Source: an uncultured Lachnospiraceae bacterium
GTDB lineage: Bacteria > Bacillota > Clostridia > Lachnospirales > Lachnospiraceae
Reading direction: 5' to 3'
Length of the DNA stretch: 64,000 nt
Assembly (NCBI GenBank): GCA_902793685.1
Contig: CADBEN010000002.1
Location: 129,904 to 193,903 of the forward strand
Numbering within the stretch: the stretch's first letter is position 1; each line of letters opens with the position of its first letter. The notes beneath the pieces are model-generated. The model searched no databases. It was not told the origin of the DNA and saw only the letters and a list, made by a program, of their open reading frames with translations. A program made the position numbers and the translations under genes. Shown piece after piece: positions 16,604-26,735 of the stretch.

Positions 16604-17878
16604 TCAGGCTTCGTCGATGGCCTTTCCGATGTCGTGACGCATGTACTTTGTGCGGAAATCGATCCAGTCCGTGGCGATGTACGCCTTGGCGCGGGCTTCC
16701 TTCAGGTCCTTTCCGAGGGCGGTGATGCCCAGGACGCGGCCGCCGTTGGTGACGATCCGGCCCTCCGCGTCGAACTTTGTCCCCGCGTGGAAACAGAAGA
16801 AATCATCCAGACCCCTGAAGCGCTCGAAGCCCTCCATGGGCACGCCCTTCTCATAGCTCAGCGGATAGCCTTCGCTGGCCAGGACCACGCAGACCGCCGC
16901 CTGGTCGGAGAATTCAAGTTCGATCCGGTCCAGTGTGCCGTCGATGCAGGCCTCGAAGACATCCACCAGGTCGTTCTTCATGCGGGGCAGGACCACCTGA
17001 GTCTCCGGATCGCCGAAGCGGGCATTGTACTCCAGGACCTTCGGGCCGTCCGGTGTCAGCATGAGACCGAAGAAAATGACACCCTTGAAAGGTCTTCCCT
17101 CCGCCGCCATCGCGTCCACTGTGCGCTGGTAGATATGCTCACGGCAGAAAGCGTCTACCTCCTCCGTGTAGAAGGGACTCGGTGAGAAGTTCCCCATGCC
17201 TCCGGTGTTCAGTCCCTGGTCGCCGTCCTTGGCCCGTTTGTGGTCCTGGGCACTGGCCATGATCCGGATGGTCTTTCCGTCCACGAAGGACAGAACGCTC
17301 ACCTCGCGGCCGGTCATGAACTCCTCGATGACGACCTTGTCGCCGGAAGCGCCGAACTTCCGGTCCACCATCAGCTCGTTGATGCCTGCCATGGCTTCTT
17401 CCCGGGTCATGCAGATCAGGACGCCCTTGCCCAGGGCCGGCCCGTCTGCCTTCAGGACCACCGGGATCCTGCAAGTCTTCAGATATTCCTTGGCCTTCTT
17501 CACGTCGATGAAGGTCTCGTACTGGGCCGTCGGAATGTTGTACTTCTTCATCAGCTCCTTGGAGAAGGCCTTGGAGCCCTCGATGACCGCGGCGTTCTTC
17601 CGCGGTCCGAAGACACGCAGGCCGCGCTCCTCGAAAACGTCGACGATCCCGCCGATCAGCGGGTCGTCCATGCCGACCACGGTGAGGCCGATGCCGTTCT
17701 GCTCAGCGAAATCCGCAAGCTTCTCAAATTCCATCGCGCCGATGGGCACGCACTCCGCTACCTCGGAGATGCCGGCGTTGCCCGGCGCGCAGTAGATCTT
17801 CTCCGCCTTCGGGCTCTGTGCCAGCTTCCAGCAGATGGTGTGTTCGCGGCCGCCGCCGCCCACAACAAGAATTTTCAT
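16604..17878 (-). CDS. purD: Phosphoribosylamine-glycine ligase
   Basis: Start trimmed to MKILVVGGGGREH. ATGA overlap with the purN stop. Confidence 0.95.
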   Translation of the reverse strand: MKILVVGGGGREHTICWKLAQSPKAEKIYCAPGNAGISEVAECVPIGAMEFEKLADFAEQNGIGLTVVGMDDPLIGGIVDVFEERGLRVFGPRKNAAVIEGSKAFSKELMKKYNIPTAQYETFIDVKKAKEYLKTCRIPVVLKADGPALGKGVLICMTREEAMAGINELMVDRKFGASGDKVVIEEFMTGREVSVLSFVDGKTIRIMASAQDHKRAKDGDQGLNTGGMGNFSPSPFYTEEVDAFCREHIYQRTVDAMAAEGRPFKGVIFFGLMLTPDGPKVLEYNARFGDPETQVVLPRMKNDLVDVFEACIDGTLDRIELEFSDQAAVCVVLASEGYPLSYEKGVPMEGFERFRGLDDFFCFHAGTKFDAEGRIVTNGGRVLGITALGKDLKEARAKAYIATDWIDFRTKYMRHDIGKAIDEA

Positions 17879-18507
17879 GATTCCGCTCCTTTCTCGTATG
17901 CCGCCTCTCCGTAAGGGATCGTGCCGTTGGCAATGCCGTCGATGGCCTTCGGGAGAAGGATCCATTCCGCCTGCTCCATCACTCTGCGCTGCAGGATCTG
18001 CGGCGTATCCCCGGGTTCCACGTAAACTGCCTTCTGCAGAAGGATCGGGCCGGTGTCCAGATCCTCGTCCACGATGTGGACCGTCGCACCGGTCACCTTG
18101 ACGCCGCGCTTCAGGGCCGCCTCATGGGGCTTCAGTCCGTAGAAGCCCTTCCCGCAGAAGCTGGGGATGAGGGACGGGTGGATGTTGATGATCCGGCCGC
18201 GGTAGGCGCGGATCATCTCCGCCGGGATCTGCACCAGAAAGCCCGCCAGGACGATAAGGTCCAGATCGTGCTCTTTCAGTTTTTTCACCAGCGCCGTGTT
18301 GTACTCTGCCCGGGTCTCAAAGCTCTTCGGGGAGAGGACTTCCGCCTCGACGCCCGCTTTCTCCGCCCTTGTCAGGGCATAGACGCCGGGGTTGTTGGAC
18401 TGCACGTAGACGACCTCCGCGTTCCGGATGGTTCCGTCCTTCACCGCGTCCAGGATCGCCTGCAGGTTCGTTCCCCCGCCGCTGACCAGCACGCCGACTC
18501 TCAGCAT
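17875..18507 (-). CDS. purN: Phosphoribosylglycinamide formyltransferase
   Basis: GVLVSGGGTNLQAI and INIHPSLIPSF motifs. Confidence 0.9.
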   Translation of the reverse strand: MLRVGVLVSGGGTNLQAILDAVKDGTIRNAEVVYVQSNNPGVYALTRAEKAGVEAEVLSPKSFETRAEYNTALVKKLKEHDLDLIVLAGFLVQIPAEMIRAYRGRIINIHPSLIPSFCGKGFYGLKPHEAALKRGVKVTGATVHIVDEDLDTGPILLQKAVYVEPGDTPQILQRRVMEQAEWILLPKAIDGIANGTIPYGEAAYEKGAES

Positions 18508-19526
18508 AATTCAACTCCCTTTTCTCCTGCCTCGCAGGAACCGATGACCCAGCAGCTGTCCCCGGCAGCCTTCACTGCCTCCATGGCCTTGTCGACATCG
18601 GCCGCGTCCAGGGCGATGACCATGCCGATGCCCATGTTGTAGGTGTTGTACATGACGTGCTCCTCCACCTCGCCCTTCTTCGCCATCAGGCGGAAGATCG
18701 GCGGGACCGGGTAGGAATCCTTCCGGATGACCGCTTTCACGCCGTCCTTCAGCATGCGCGGGACGTTCTCGTAGAATCCGCCGCCGGTGATGTGGCTGCA
18801 GGCATGGATGCGGACGCCGGCGTCCTTCACGGACTTCAGGGCCTTCACATAGATCCTGGTGGGGGTCAGAAGGACCTCGCCCAGGGTGCCGCCCAGCTCG
18901 TCATAGTAAGTATCCAGGCTCTCCTTTGTCATGTCGAAGATCTTCCGGACCAGGGAGAAGCCGTTGGAGTGGACGCCGGTGGACGCAATGCCCACGAGGA
19001 CATCGCCCGCCTTCAGGTCCGCCCCGGTGATCAGATCCTTCTCGTCGCAGACGCCCACAGCGAAGCCGGCCAGGTCATATTCGTCCTCCGGGTAGAAGCC
19101 CGGCATCTCCGCAGTCTCTCCGCCGATCAGGGACGCGCCTGACTGGATGCAGCCCTCCGCCACGCCGGAGACGATGGTCGCGATCTTCTCCGGAATGTTT
19201 TTTCCGCAGGCAATGTAGTCGAGGAAAAACAGGGGCTCACCGCCGGCGCAGGCCACGTCGTTCACGCACATGGCGACGCAGTCGATACCCACTGTGTCAT
19301 GCCTGTCCATCAGGAACGCAAGCTTCAGCTTCGTGCCGACGCCGTCGGTGCCGGACAGCAGCACCGGGTGCTCCATATTCTTGAACGCCGCCGCGGAAAA
19401 CGCGCCGGAGAAGCCGCCGATGCCGCCCATGACCTCCGGGCGCACGGTATTCCTGACAAACTTCTTCATCAGCTCGACTGACTTGTAGCCGGCCTCGATG
19501 TCAACACCGGAATTTCTGTAATCCAT
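18501..19526 (-). CDS. purM: Phosphoribosylformylglycinamidine cyclo-ligase (AIR synthetase)
   Basis: YRNSGVDIEAGY and DGVGTKL motifs. Overlaps purN by 7 nt. Confidence 0.95.
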   Translation of the reverse strand: MDYRNSGVDIEAGYKSVELMKKFVRNTVRPEVMGGIGGFSGAFSAAAFKNMEHPVLLSGTDGVGTKLKLAFLMDRHDTVGIDCVAMCVNDVACAGGEPLFFLDYIACGKNIPEKIATIVSGVAEGCIQSGASLIGGETAEMPGFYPEDEYDLAGFAVGVCDEKDLITGADLKAGDVLVGIASTGVHSNGFSLVRKIFDMTKESLDTYYDELGGTLGEVLLTPTRIYVKALKSVKDAGVRIHACSHITGGGFYENVPRMLKDGVKAVIRKDSYPVPPIFRLMAKKGEVEEHVMYNTYNMGIGMVIALDAADVDKAMEAVKAAGDSCWVIGSCEAGEKGVELC

Positions 19527-19535
19527 ATACCCACC

Positions 19536-20051
19536 TCACTTTTTCTCTTTCAAATACTGTTCGTAGCCTATCTCCTGAAGCTTCGCGTCCTTCGCGACGA
19601 CTTCGTTTTTCATTTCCTCCGTGAACGCTTCCAGCTTTCCGAGAAGTTCCGGATCCGACACTGCAAGGATCTTCGCCGCCAGGATCCCGGCATTCTTTCC
19701 GCCGTTGATTGCCACCGTCGCGCAGGGAATGCCGCCGGGCATCTGGACGATGGAGTACAGGGAATCCACGCCGCCCAGGTCAGAGGTCTTCATCGGGATG
19801 CCGATGACCGGCAGCGGGAACAGCGCCGCGCACATGCCCGGCAGATGGGCTGCCTTGCCCGCACCTGCGATGATCACCTTATATCCGCGGTCCATCGCGG
19901 ACTTTGCCCACTGAAAGAACACATCCGGTTCCCGGTGCGCGGAGATGATCGTCATCTCGAAATCGATCCCCATCTTTTTCAGGAAATCCGCCGCCTGCGC
20001 CATGACGGGCATATCCGAATCGCTGCCCATAACAATACCGACTTTTGCCAT
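19536..20051 (-). CDS. purE: 5-(carboxyamino)imidazole ribonucleotide mutase
   Basis: VGIVMGSDSDMPVM and AGKAAHLPGM motifs. Confidence 0.9.
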   Translation of the reverse strand: MAKVGIVMGSDSDMPVMAQAADFLKKMGIDFEMTIISAHREPDVFFQWAKSAMDRGYKVIIAGAGKAAHLPGMCAALFPLPVIGIPMKTSDLGGVDSLYSIVQMPGGIPCATVAINGGKNAGILAAKILAVSDPELLGKLEAFTEEMKNEVVAKDAKLQEIGYEQYLKEKK

Positions 20052-20183
20052 ATCTGTACTCCTTCTGCAACTTGATTCTGTCTTACTTTGACCGGCTTCC
20101 GCCGGGGTGATCCTTATCTTTATAGTTTATCATAAGCGCTTACCGCCTGCCACAGAAAGACTTTTCCGACAATATCCGCAGTG

Positions 20184-22310
20184 TCAGGATTCTCTGTCCA
20201 GCGGCCCGTTCAGCGCTTCCAGACCGGGCAGGACAAAACGCCCTCTGCGGATGATATCCGTCCGCGTCCCGTCCGCGTTCACCGCGCTCAGGGATCCGAT
20301 CTCCTCATAGGGGATGGTGATATCCTTGTGATGCCCGAAGTACGCTTCCTCCGGCGCTTCCTTCCGCCGGGCGGAGATCTCGTTGTCCCTCGCCACGATG
20401 GCCTTGCCGTCGGGATTGTATGTCAGGACGTCCTCTTCATGGCTGTAACAGGTGTCGCCCAGGGCGAAGTGGGGTCCGGTCTTCTCCGCGATGAGAATGG
20501 GCATCTTCGCCTCGATCCCGTACTTCCGCGCCGTCGCGCAGGCCAGGGTGTTGGTGCCGACGGCGAACTCTCCCATGGGAAGGACCTCGTGGCCGCCCAT
20601 GATGTTCTCGATGACATACTGCCGGCCGGGATCCTGAAGATCCTTCTTTCCGGTCTCGTCCGCGGCATCAAAGTTCCCGCAGCGGGCCTCCACCGCCCTG
20701 CCGCGTTCAAAGCGGATCCGGAGATCCCGGAACAGAAGGCCGTCAATGTAGACCTCCGACACATGGAGAAGCCCCTCCGTCCCCTCCAGCACCGGCGAGG
20801 TAAAGACCTCGCCCGCGGGGATGTTGACGTCCGCGACACAGTTCTCGAACCTGGTCTCCCGGGCCGGGTCGGACAGCCGGCGCAGCGCGATCCGGAGGTC
20901 TGTTTCATTTCCGCCCTGCCCTTTTACCTCCGCGTGGTCACAGAGGTCCAGGACGTCGATGATCTTCTGCTGAAGGTCCCGGTACAGCTCCGTATCCAGG
21001 GTATTGATGCGGAGGATGTCGTCGAAAAGCGCCGGGAAAAAATCCCCGGTCTCCGGCAGCGGCCAGGCGATGATCGTGAAGGAGGTCTTCTCGTCCGGCA
21101 TAAACTCGTTCCGCAAAGTCAGGTTCGCGTTCATATAGGCTGCCCGGAGTTTCCGCTGCTTCGGATCCAGGGAGAATGCCGCCGGGCACTCCGCCGGCTC
21201 AAACTCCGGCTCCCCGAAGGTCTCGATCACCGCAGGGCCGGCATAGCCCTCCGCCTCTTCCCGCAGCTCCCCGTAGGACAGACGGAGTTCCGAAAGTTTC
21301 CTGTCGGTGAATGCCTTATCCCAGAAAAGGGCACAGTCAAAACGGTGGTCATAGTCGAACTGCCGGTTCGGGCTCCGGCTGATCTGCCGCTCCGTGCTTC
21401 CCGGGAGCCGCTCCGCCATCCGCACCGCGGAGCCGGGAAGAATGGTCTTCAGGCCGGCCTCCGCAAAGCGTTCCGCCGACAGCTTCACCAGCCGCTCAAA
21501 ACCACGGCTGAAACGGACCGCCACAGAGGTCCGGGAGGAAAGATCCTTCCCCAGGACTTTGAACCCGGTGAGGAAGCCGTTCACCATGGCGTCCGCCGCG
21601 GCGCGGGCCTTCTCCTCCGGCAGGGAATTCAGGAACGCGGCGGTTTTCAGAGTTTCCGCGGAAATATAGTCTCCGGAGAGGAACAGATACCGGAGATCCT
21701 CCGGCGCCATCCCGTGGTACAGTGTCTCCTGCACATCGCAGGGAAGCAGAAGTTCCCGGCTGCGCTCCGGGACCGTGACGTCAAGATAGTCGAAATTGTA
21801 CCAGTAGAGGGCGTCCCGGACAGAGGCGCAGGAAGGGACTTCTCCCCCGGCAAAGAGGCCGAAGACCTGAAGATAGATCTCCAGTACCGGGGCGATATCC
21901 TCGTCCCGTCCTTCAAAAATAAATTTCGGCAGTGCGTACAGCTCCGCGTACAGGGCGGAAAGCGCCGGGCCGGTCATCTTCCCCGCGGCTTCCTTTTTCC
22001 CCGCGCCCCCGTGAATTCCTGCGCCGGCTGCAGGTGACCGGACCTTCTCCGCCGCATACGCCGGATTCAGCCAGCTCTCCCCGTACTGCCCCGGAAGCAT
22101 CTCCCGGTACAGCCTGTCCTGCAGCTCCTGCATTTCCGGAAGACTGCGCTCCCGGTACGCTCCGGAGCGGACCTCCTCCCGGAGGGAAAACAGACGGGTC
22201 AGGAACGCTGCCGAAGAACAAAAAAAGTCATGGAAGGGCTCACGGATCCCGGTCTCTTCCGGGATCTGCGCGATCCGTTCCATGGCAAGACTGAGCCGCT
22301 CTTCCGTCAT
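20184..22310 (-). CDS. M29 (aminopeptidase T/PepS)-like metallopeptidase with a long N-terminal extension
   Basis: The C-terminal half carries NIPAGEVFTSP, GEFAVGTN and GPHFALGDTCY, which resemble the M29 core. Start trimmed to MTEERL, which forms an ATGA overlap with the upstream ORF. Confidence 0.6.
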   Translation of the reverse strand: MTEERLSLAMERIAQIPEETGIREPFHDFFCSSAAFLTRLFSLREEVRSGAYRERSLPEMQELQDRLYREMLPGQYGESWLNPAYAAEKVRSPAAGAGIHGGAGKKEAAGKMTGPALSALYAELYALPKFIFEGRDEDIAPVLEIYLQVFGLFAGGEVPSCASVRDALYWYNFDYLDVTVPERSRELLLPCDVQETLYHGMAPEDLRYLFLSGDYISAETLKTAAFLNSLPEEKARAAADAMVNGFLTGFKVLGKDLSSRTSVAVRFSRGFERLVKLSAERFAEAGLKTILPGSAVRMAERLPGSTERQISRSPNRQFDYDHRFDCALFWDKAFTDRKLSELRLSYGELREEAEGYAGPAVIETFGEPEFEPAECPAAFSLDPKQRKLRAAYMNANLTLRNEFMPDEKTSFTIIAWPLPETGDFFPALFDDILRINTLDTELYRDLQQKIIDVLDLCDHAEVKGQGGNETDLRIALRRLSDPARETRFENCVADVNIPAGEVFTSPVLEGTEGLLHVSEVYIDGLLFRDLRIRFERGRAVEARCGNFDAADETGKKDLQDPGRQYVIENIMGGHEVLPMGEFAVGTNTLACATARKYGIEAKMPILIAEKTGPHFALGDTCYSHEEDVLTYNPDGKAIVARDNEISARRKEAPEEAYFGHHKDITIPYEEIGSLSAVNADGTRTDIIRRGRFVLPGLEALNGPLDRES

Positions 22311-22747
22311 ACCGCGGCCCCTACGATCATTGTTATGATCCATACTGCTGCTACGATTCCTCCAATCGAAAGTCCAAGCACCGCAAACCTGTGATCCGCG
22401 TCCCGCTCACGGAAGGAAAGGGCGCCGCAGACCAGCGAAAACAGCGAGAGGAGCAGCGCGCTCATCGCCATCGCCGATACAAACAGCGGCGGATTCCCGT
22501 AGGAAACGACCATCATCCGGAAGGCCGCGATGGTGAGGAGCAGCGCGGGAAGAGCGCCGAGAAAGGAAGTCATTCCGATCTCAGAGCGCGGCTTCCGGAG
22601 ATAGTTCACCATACCGTTCCCCTGCTCCGGATCCCGTTTACCGCTCTTCTTTTCAGGGTACATGAACTCCGGCCGTTCGAGGATCGAATCGTCCCGCTTT
22701 CCGGCCGGAGTCAGAAACTTGTATTTTTTCCTGTTATAATTAAACAC
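22307..22747 (-). CDS. Small membrane protein, unknown function
   Basis: 146 aa with a basic N-terminus and 3-4 predicted TM helices. Translationally coupled to the downstream peptidase-like gene. Confidence 0.5.
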   Translation of the reverse strand: MFNYNRKKYKFLTPAGKRDDSILERPEFMYPEKKSGKRDPEQGNGMVNYLRKPRSEIGMTSFLGALPALLLTIAAFRMMVVSYGNPPLFVSAMAMSALLLSLFSLVCGALSFRERDADHRFAVLGLSIGGIVAAVWIITMIVGAAV

Positions 22748-22762
22748 TTTCCGTTATTTCCC

Positions 22763-23224
22763 TCACAGACGCTTTTTTCTGCTTCTCCAGGCCCGCCGCA
22801 GCGCGAGGAACAGTCCCCATCCCAGCACCGCGCCGACGGTATTCAGGAAAATATCGTCCACGTCAAAGCTGCCGGTCCGCGTCATCAGCTGGATCAGCTC
22901 CACTGTGTAAGAACACAGGGCGCCCGCCATGATCATCTGCGGAATCGTGAAGTCCCGTCCGACAACGTACGGAAAAAGGAACCCGAGGGGCATGAATGCC
23001 AGCACATTCCCGAAGGTGTTCAGGAAAAAGCCGTACCAGCCGATCTGTTCCCGGTACTTCACATACCGGGAGATTTCGCGGAACAGCACAAGATTATAGC
23101 GGTAATCGCCGCCGTCCGTGCGTCCCAGCGCCTCGGAGAACATCGTGAAATAAGTCAGCAGTCCGAGATACAGGAGGAGCAGCACAAATGCAGCGTACCG
23201 TTTTCCGGAACGCTTCCTACGCAT
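22763..23224 (-). CDS. VanZ-family membrane protein
   Basis: FGNVLAFMPLGFLFP and ELIQLMTRTGSFDVDDIFLNTVGAVLG motifs. Confidence 0.7.
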   Translation of the reverse strand: MRRKRSGKRYAAFVLLLLYLGLLTYFTMFSEALGRTDGGDYRYNLVLFREISRYVKYREQIGWYGFFLNTFGNVLAFMPLGFLFPYVVGRDFTIPQMIMAGALCSYTVELIQLMTRTGSFDVDDIFLNTVGAVLGWGLFLALRRAWRSRKKRL

Positions 23225-23230
23225 CGCGTG

Positions 23231-23911
23231 TCAGGCTTCCCGGACGCCGTACTGTCTGTAATAATCGTCGATCCGTCCTTTAAGTTCGTCGTCAATGATG
23301 ACCTTTCCCTTGTACGGACGGTTCCAGAGGTGCTCGACGACCTCCTTCATGGTGACGATGGCGCAGGTCTTCATGCCGTAGGTCTCCGCGACCTCCTGCA
23401 GTGCCCCCTTCTCTCCCTGACCGCGTTCGCAGCGGTCCACACTGACCACCAGGCCGAGCACGTCCACGTCGCCCTGGGCCTTCAGGATCGGCATGGTCTC
23501 AGCGATGGAGGTCCCCGCCGTGGTGACGTCCTCGATGATCACGATCCTGCTGCCGTCGCTGATGGGGCTTCCCAGAAGGATGCCCTTGTCGCCGTGATCC
23601 TTCACTTCCTTGCGGTTCGAGCAGTAGCCGATCTCGGAGCCGTCCAGCTCGTTGAGGGCGATGCCGGCAGCCACGCAGAGCGGGATGCCCTTGTAGGCCG
23701 GCCCGAACAGGATGTCAAAATCCGTGCCGAACTGGTCCTTGATGGCTTTTGCGTAATACATGCCCAGGCGCTTCAGCTGCGCGCCCGTGCGGTAAAATCC
23801 CGTGTTGACGAAAAACGGCGTCTTCCGTCCGCTCTTCGTGACGAAGTCCCCGAACTTCAGGACCTGACAGTCGATCATAAACTCAATAAATTCCTGCTTG
23901 TACTGATCCAT
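23231..23911 (-). CDS. pyrE: Orotate phosphoribosyltransferase
   Basis: PRPP-binding motif VIIEDVTTAGTS. Typical length. Confidence 0.9.
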   Translation of the reverse strand: MDQYKQEFIEFMIDCQVLKFGDFVTKSGRKTPFFVNTGFYRTGAQLKRLGMYYAKAIKDQFGTDFDILFGPAYKGIPLCVAAGIALNELDGSEIGYCSNRKEVKDHGDKGILLGSPISDGSRIVIIEDVTTAGTSIAETMPILKAQGDVDVLGLVVSVDRCERGQGEKGALQEVAETYGMKTCAIVTMKEVVEHLWNRPYKGKVIIDDELKGRIDDYYRQYGVREA

Positions 23912-23929
23912 TCCCTGCTCCTTCCGCGC

Positions 23930-24886
23930 TTATTCCGCCGCGCCGATCAGTTCCTTCACATTTTCCACGCCGTATCTTACCATATATCCGCGGATCCCGT
24001 CCACGATTTCCGACGTGACGTAGGGATTTACAAAATTCGCGGTCCCCACCGCCACCGCGCTGGCGCCGGCCAGCAGGAACTCGACAGCATCGTCCGCGTT
24101 GGAGATGCCGCCCATGCCGATGATCGGGATCTTCACCGCGCGGGACGCCTGGTAGACCATGCGCACCGCGATGGGCTTGATGGCCGGGCCGGACATGCCG
24201 CCGGTCTTGTTGGCAAGGACGCAGCGCCGTTTGTGGATGTCGATCTTCATGCCGGTCAGCGTGTTGATCATGGACAGGGCGTCGGCGCCGCCTGCCTCTG
24301 CCGCCTTCGCCATCACCGTGATGTCCGTGACGTTCGGGGACAGCTTCATGATGACGGGCTGCTTCGCCACCTTCTTCACCGCCGAAGTGATGGCCTCCAC
24401 CGCCTTCGGGTCCTGCCCGAAGGCAATGCCGCCTTCCTTCACGTTCGGACAGGAAATATTGATCTCCAGAAGATCCACCGGCTCGTCCTGCAGCCGCTCC
24501 ACCACCGCGAGGTATTCCTCCGTGGTATGGCCGCAGACGTTCACGATGATGTTCGTATCAAACTGCCTGAGGTAGGGGATGTCCCGGCTGCAGAAGGTCT
24601 CGATCCCGGGATTCTGCAGGCCGATGGCGTTCAGCATGCCGGCTGTCACCTCGCAGACGCGGGGCGTCGGGTTTCCGGCCCAGGGGACGTTCGCCACGCC
24701 CTTGGTGGTCACCGCGCCGAGGCCGTTCAGATCCACGAACTCTCCGTACTCCATGCCGGAGCCGAAGGTGCCGCTGCAGACTGTGACCGGGTTTTTGAAT
24801 TCCACTCCCGCAATGCTGACCCGCAGGTCCGGACTTGCCGCAGATTCCGCCCCCCGGTCCGGACGCTTCATGTTCTCATCCATCAT
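23930..24886 (-). CDS. pyrD: Dihydroorotate dehydrogenase 1B, catalytic subunit
   Basis: FKNPV, NISCPN and GGISNADDAVEF motifs. ATGA overlap with pyrK. Confidence 0.9.
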   Translation of the reverse strand: MMDENMKRPDRGAESAASPDLRVSIAGVEFKNPVTVCSGTFGSGMEYGEFVDLNGLGAVTTKGVANVPWAGNPTPRVCEVTAGMLNAIGLQNPGIETFCSRDIPYLRQFDTNIIVNVCGHTTEEYLAVVERLQDEPVDLLEINISCPNVKEGGIAFGQDPKAVEAITSAVKKVAKQPVIMKLSPNVTDITVMAKAAEAGGADALSMINTLTGMKIDIHKRRCVLANKTGGMSGPAIKPIAVRMVYQASRAVKIPIIGMGGISNADDAVEFLLAGASAVAVGTANFVNPYVTSEIVDGIRGYMVRYGVENVKELIGAAE

Positions 24887-25734
24887 CCCAGATCCACCTC
24901 CTCCGCGCGGAAGACCGGTCCGTCTTTGCAGACCCGCTTGTTCTTCACCTGTGAATGTTCATCGGTCTCCGTGCTGGGGGTGATGCAGCCCAGACATGCG
25001 CCGACGCCGCAGGCCATGCGCTCCTCCATGGAGACCCAGAGCGGAATGCTCTTTTCCGCCGCCCAGGCCTTCAGGGCCCGGAGCATGGGTTTCGGTCCGC
25101 AGGCCAGTACTGCCTTCGGCTCGTACCCGCTCTCCCGGACCGCGTCCAGGACCGTTCCCCTGGTCCCGAAGCTCCCGTCCTCCGTCGCCACGATCACCTG
25201 ATCCGCGGCGGTATCGAACTCTTCCTTCAGGAACATATCGCTGTTCCGGTAGCCCAGAACGGCCGTTTTTTTTCCCTTCACTGCCTTCAGGACGCCGAGC
25301 ATGGGCGGGAGGCCTATACCGCCGCCGATCACGCACACATCCTCAAAATCCGTCGGAAACCCGTTGCCCAGCGGCCCGAGAGTCATCAGCTCTGTGCCGC
25401 GCTGATAAGAACTCAGTTCCTCGGTTCCGGTGGTCTCTCCGGTGAACCGCGTGTCGTTGATCCGGGAGCCCCGCTCAAAAGAGACAAACTCCACTGTTCC
25501 GGAGTGCTCTCCGGTGACCCGGTACACCAGACGGATCACGCCGTTGGCGCGGTCTATCCCGCAGATGCTGATGGGCCGCGGAAGGATCCTCGCGCGGTCA
25601 TTGATCCAGACGTTCACGAACTGTCCGGGCTTCGCTTCCCGGGCGATGGCAGGCACGAAGAGCCGGAGATCAAAAATCCCGGGGCTCAGCTGGATCTGCC
25701 GGACCACCACGGCCGATGTCCTGACTTTTCCCAT
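24883..25734 (-). CDS. pyrK: Dihydroorotate dehydrogenase electron-transfer subunit
   Basis: FAD/NAD-binding fold plus a C-terminal 2Fe-2S motif MACGVGACLGC. Confidence 0.85.
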   Translation of the reverse strand: MGKVRTSAVVVRQIQLSPGIFDLRLFVPAIAREAKPGQFVNVWINDRARILPRPISICGIDRANGVIRLVYRVTGEHSGTVEFVSFERGSRINDTRFTGETTGTEELSSYQRGTELMTLGPLGNGFPTDFEDVCVIGGGIGLPPMLGVLKAVKGKKTAVLGYRNSDMFLKEEFDTAADQVIVATEDGSFGTRGTVLDAVRESGYEPKAVLACGPKPMLRALKAWAAEKSIPLWVSMEERMACGVGACLGCITPSTETDEHSQVKNKRVCKDGPVFRAEEVDLG

Positions 25735-25752
25735 AGTTCTCCTTTCCCGCTT

Positions 25753-26670
25753 TTACAGCACGCTTCCGATATCCGCGATCATGTCCATGACCGCCTGGCG
25801 GGAAGCCTCCGCGAAATGCTCCGCGCCGAACTTCGCGTAAGTATCCTTTTTGTAAGCCGCGATGATGCCGCGGGAGGAATTGACGATGGCGCCGAGACCG
25901 TCCTTGTCAAAAGCAAGCTTCAGGTCCTCCGCCGTGCCTCCCTGAGCACCGTAGCCCGGCACCAGGAAGAAGGTGCGGGGCATCAGGCCCCGGAGCTCCG
26001 CGATCATCGCGGGGTAGGTCGCGCCCACCACCGCGCCGACGTTGGACCACTCGCCGTCCATGCTCCCGGCGCCCCATTCCATGACCTTGTCCGCCACCAG
26101 CTCATACAGGGGCCGGCCGTCGATCTTTCTGTCCTGGAACTCGCCGCTGGAAGGATTGCTGGTCTTCACCAGCACAAAGATGCCCTTGTCAAACTGATTG
26201 CAGGCATCCACGAAGGGTTTCACGCCGTCGGTGCCCAGATAGGGATTCACCGTCACCATATCCGTATTAAAGGCCGGGAATTCCTTCTCTCCGATCTTCA
26301 CGCTGCCCAGATGTCCCGTGGCGTAGGCCGCGGAGGTGGAGCCGATGTCGCCGCGCTTCGCGTCGCCGATCACCACCAGGCCCTTCTCCTGACAGTAACG
26401 GACCGTCTTCTCGTAAGCCATCAGGCCCGGGATGCCGAACTGCTCGTACATCGCGATCTGCGGCTTCACAGACGGGATCAGATCCCAGGTCGCGTCCACG
26501 ATCGCCTTGTTGAACTGCCAGACTGCCTCCGCAGCGCCCTCCGGATTCTGTCCCTTCTCCTCGAAAGCACGGTCCAGGACCTGCGCGGGGATATAGGAAA
26601 GCATCGGATCGAGTCCGACGCAGATCGGTGCTTTTGTCTTCTGAATCTTTTCGATGAGTCTCGAGATCAT
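25753..26670 (-). CDS. pyrF: Orotidine 5'-phosphate decarboxylase (long, type 2)
   Basis: 305 aa. APICVGLDP and IGDAKRGDIGST motifs. Confidence 0.85.
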   Translation of the reverse strand: MISRLIEKIQKTKAPICVGLDPMLSYIPAQVLDRAFEEKGQNPEGAAEAVWQFNKAIVDATWDLIPSVKPQIAMYEQFGIPGLMAYEKTVRYCQEKGLVVIGDAKRGDIGSTSAAYATGHLGSVKIGEKEFPAFNTDMVTVNPYLGTDGVKPFVDACNQFDKGIFVLVKTSNPSSGEFQDRKIDGRPLYELVADKVMEWGAGSMDGEWSNVGAVVGATYPAMIAELRGLMPRTFFLVPGYGAQGGTAEDLKLAFDKDGLGAIVNSSRGIIAAYKKDTYAKFGAEHFAEASRQAVMDMIADIGSVL

Positions 26671-26735
26671 GTACTGCTCCTCTCTCAGGCATTAACTTGT
26701 GTCATATCCGCAAATGCCGAATGGGCATTTTTATT

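Noticed and set aside
20052-20183. Possible purine or ZTP riboswitch, or PurR box, upstream of purE.
   Set aside because: Only a short CCGGC-GGAA-GCCGG hairpin is present. I found neither the purine-riboswitch junction nor the ZTP CCGCCUGGGC pseudoknot element. The region is too short for either.
22391-25201. 936-aa ORF on the plus strand.
   Set aside because: It lies antisense to VanZ, pyrE, pyrD and pyrK. It has Arg/Pro/His/Gly-rich low-information sequence and no SD. Shadow ORF.
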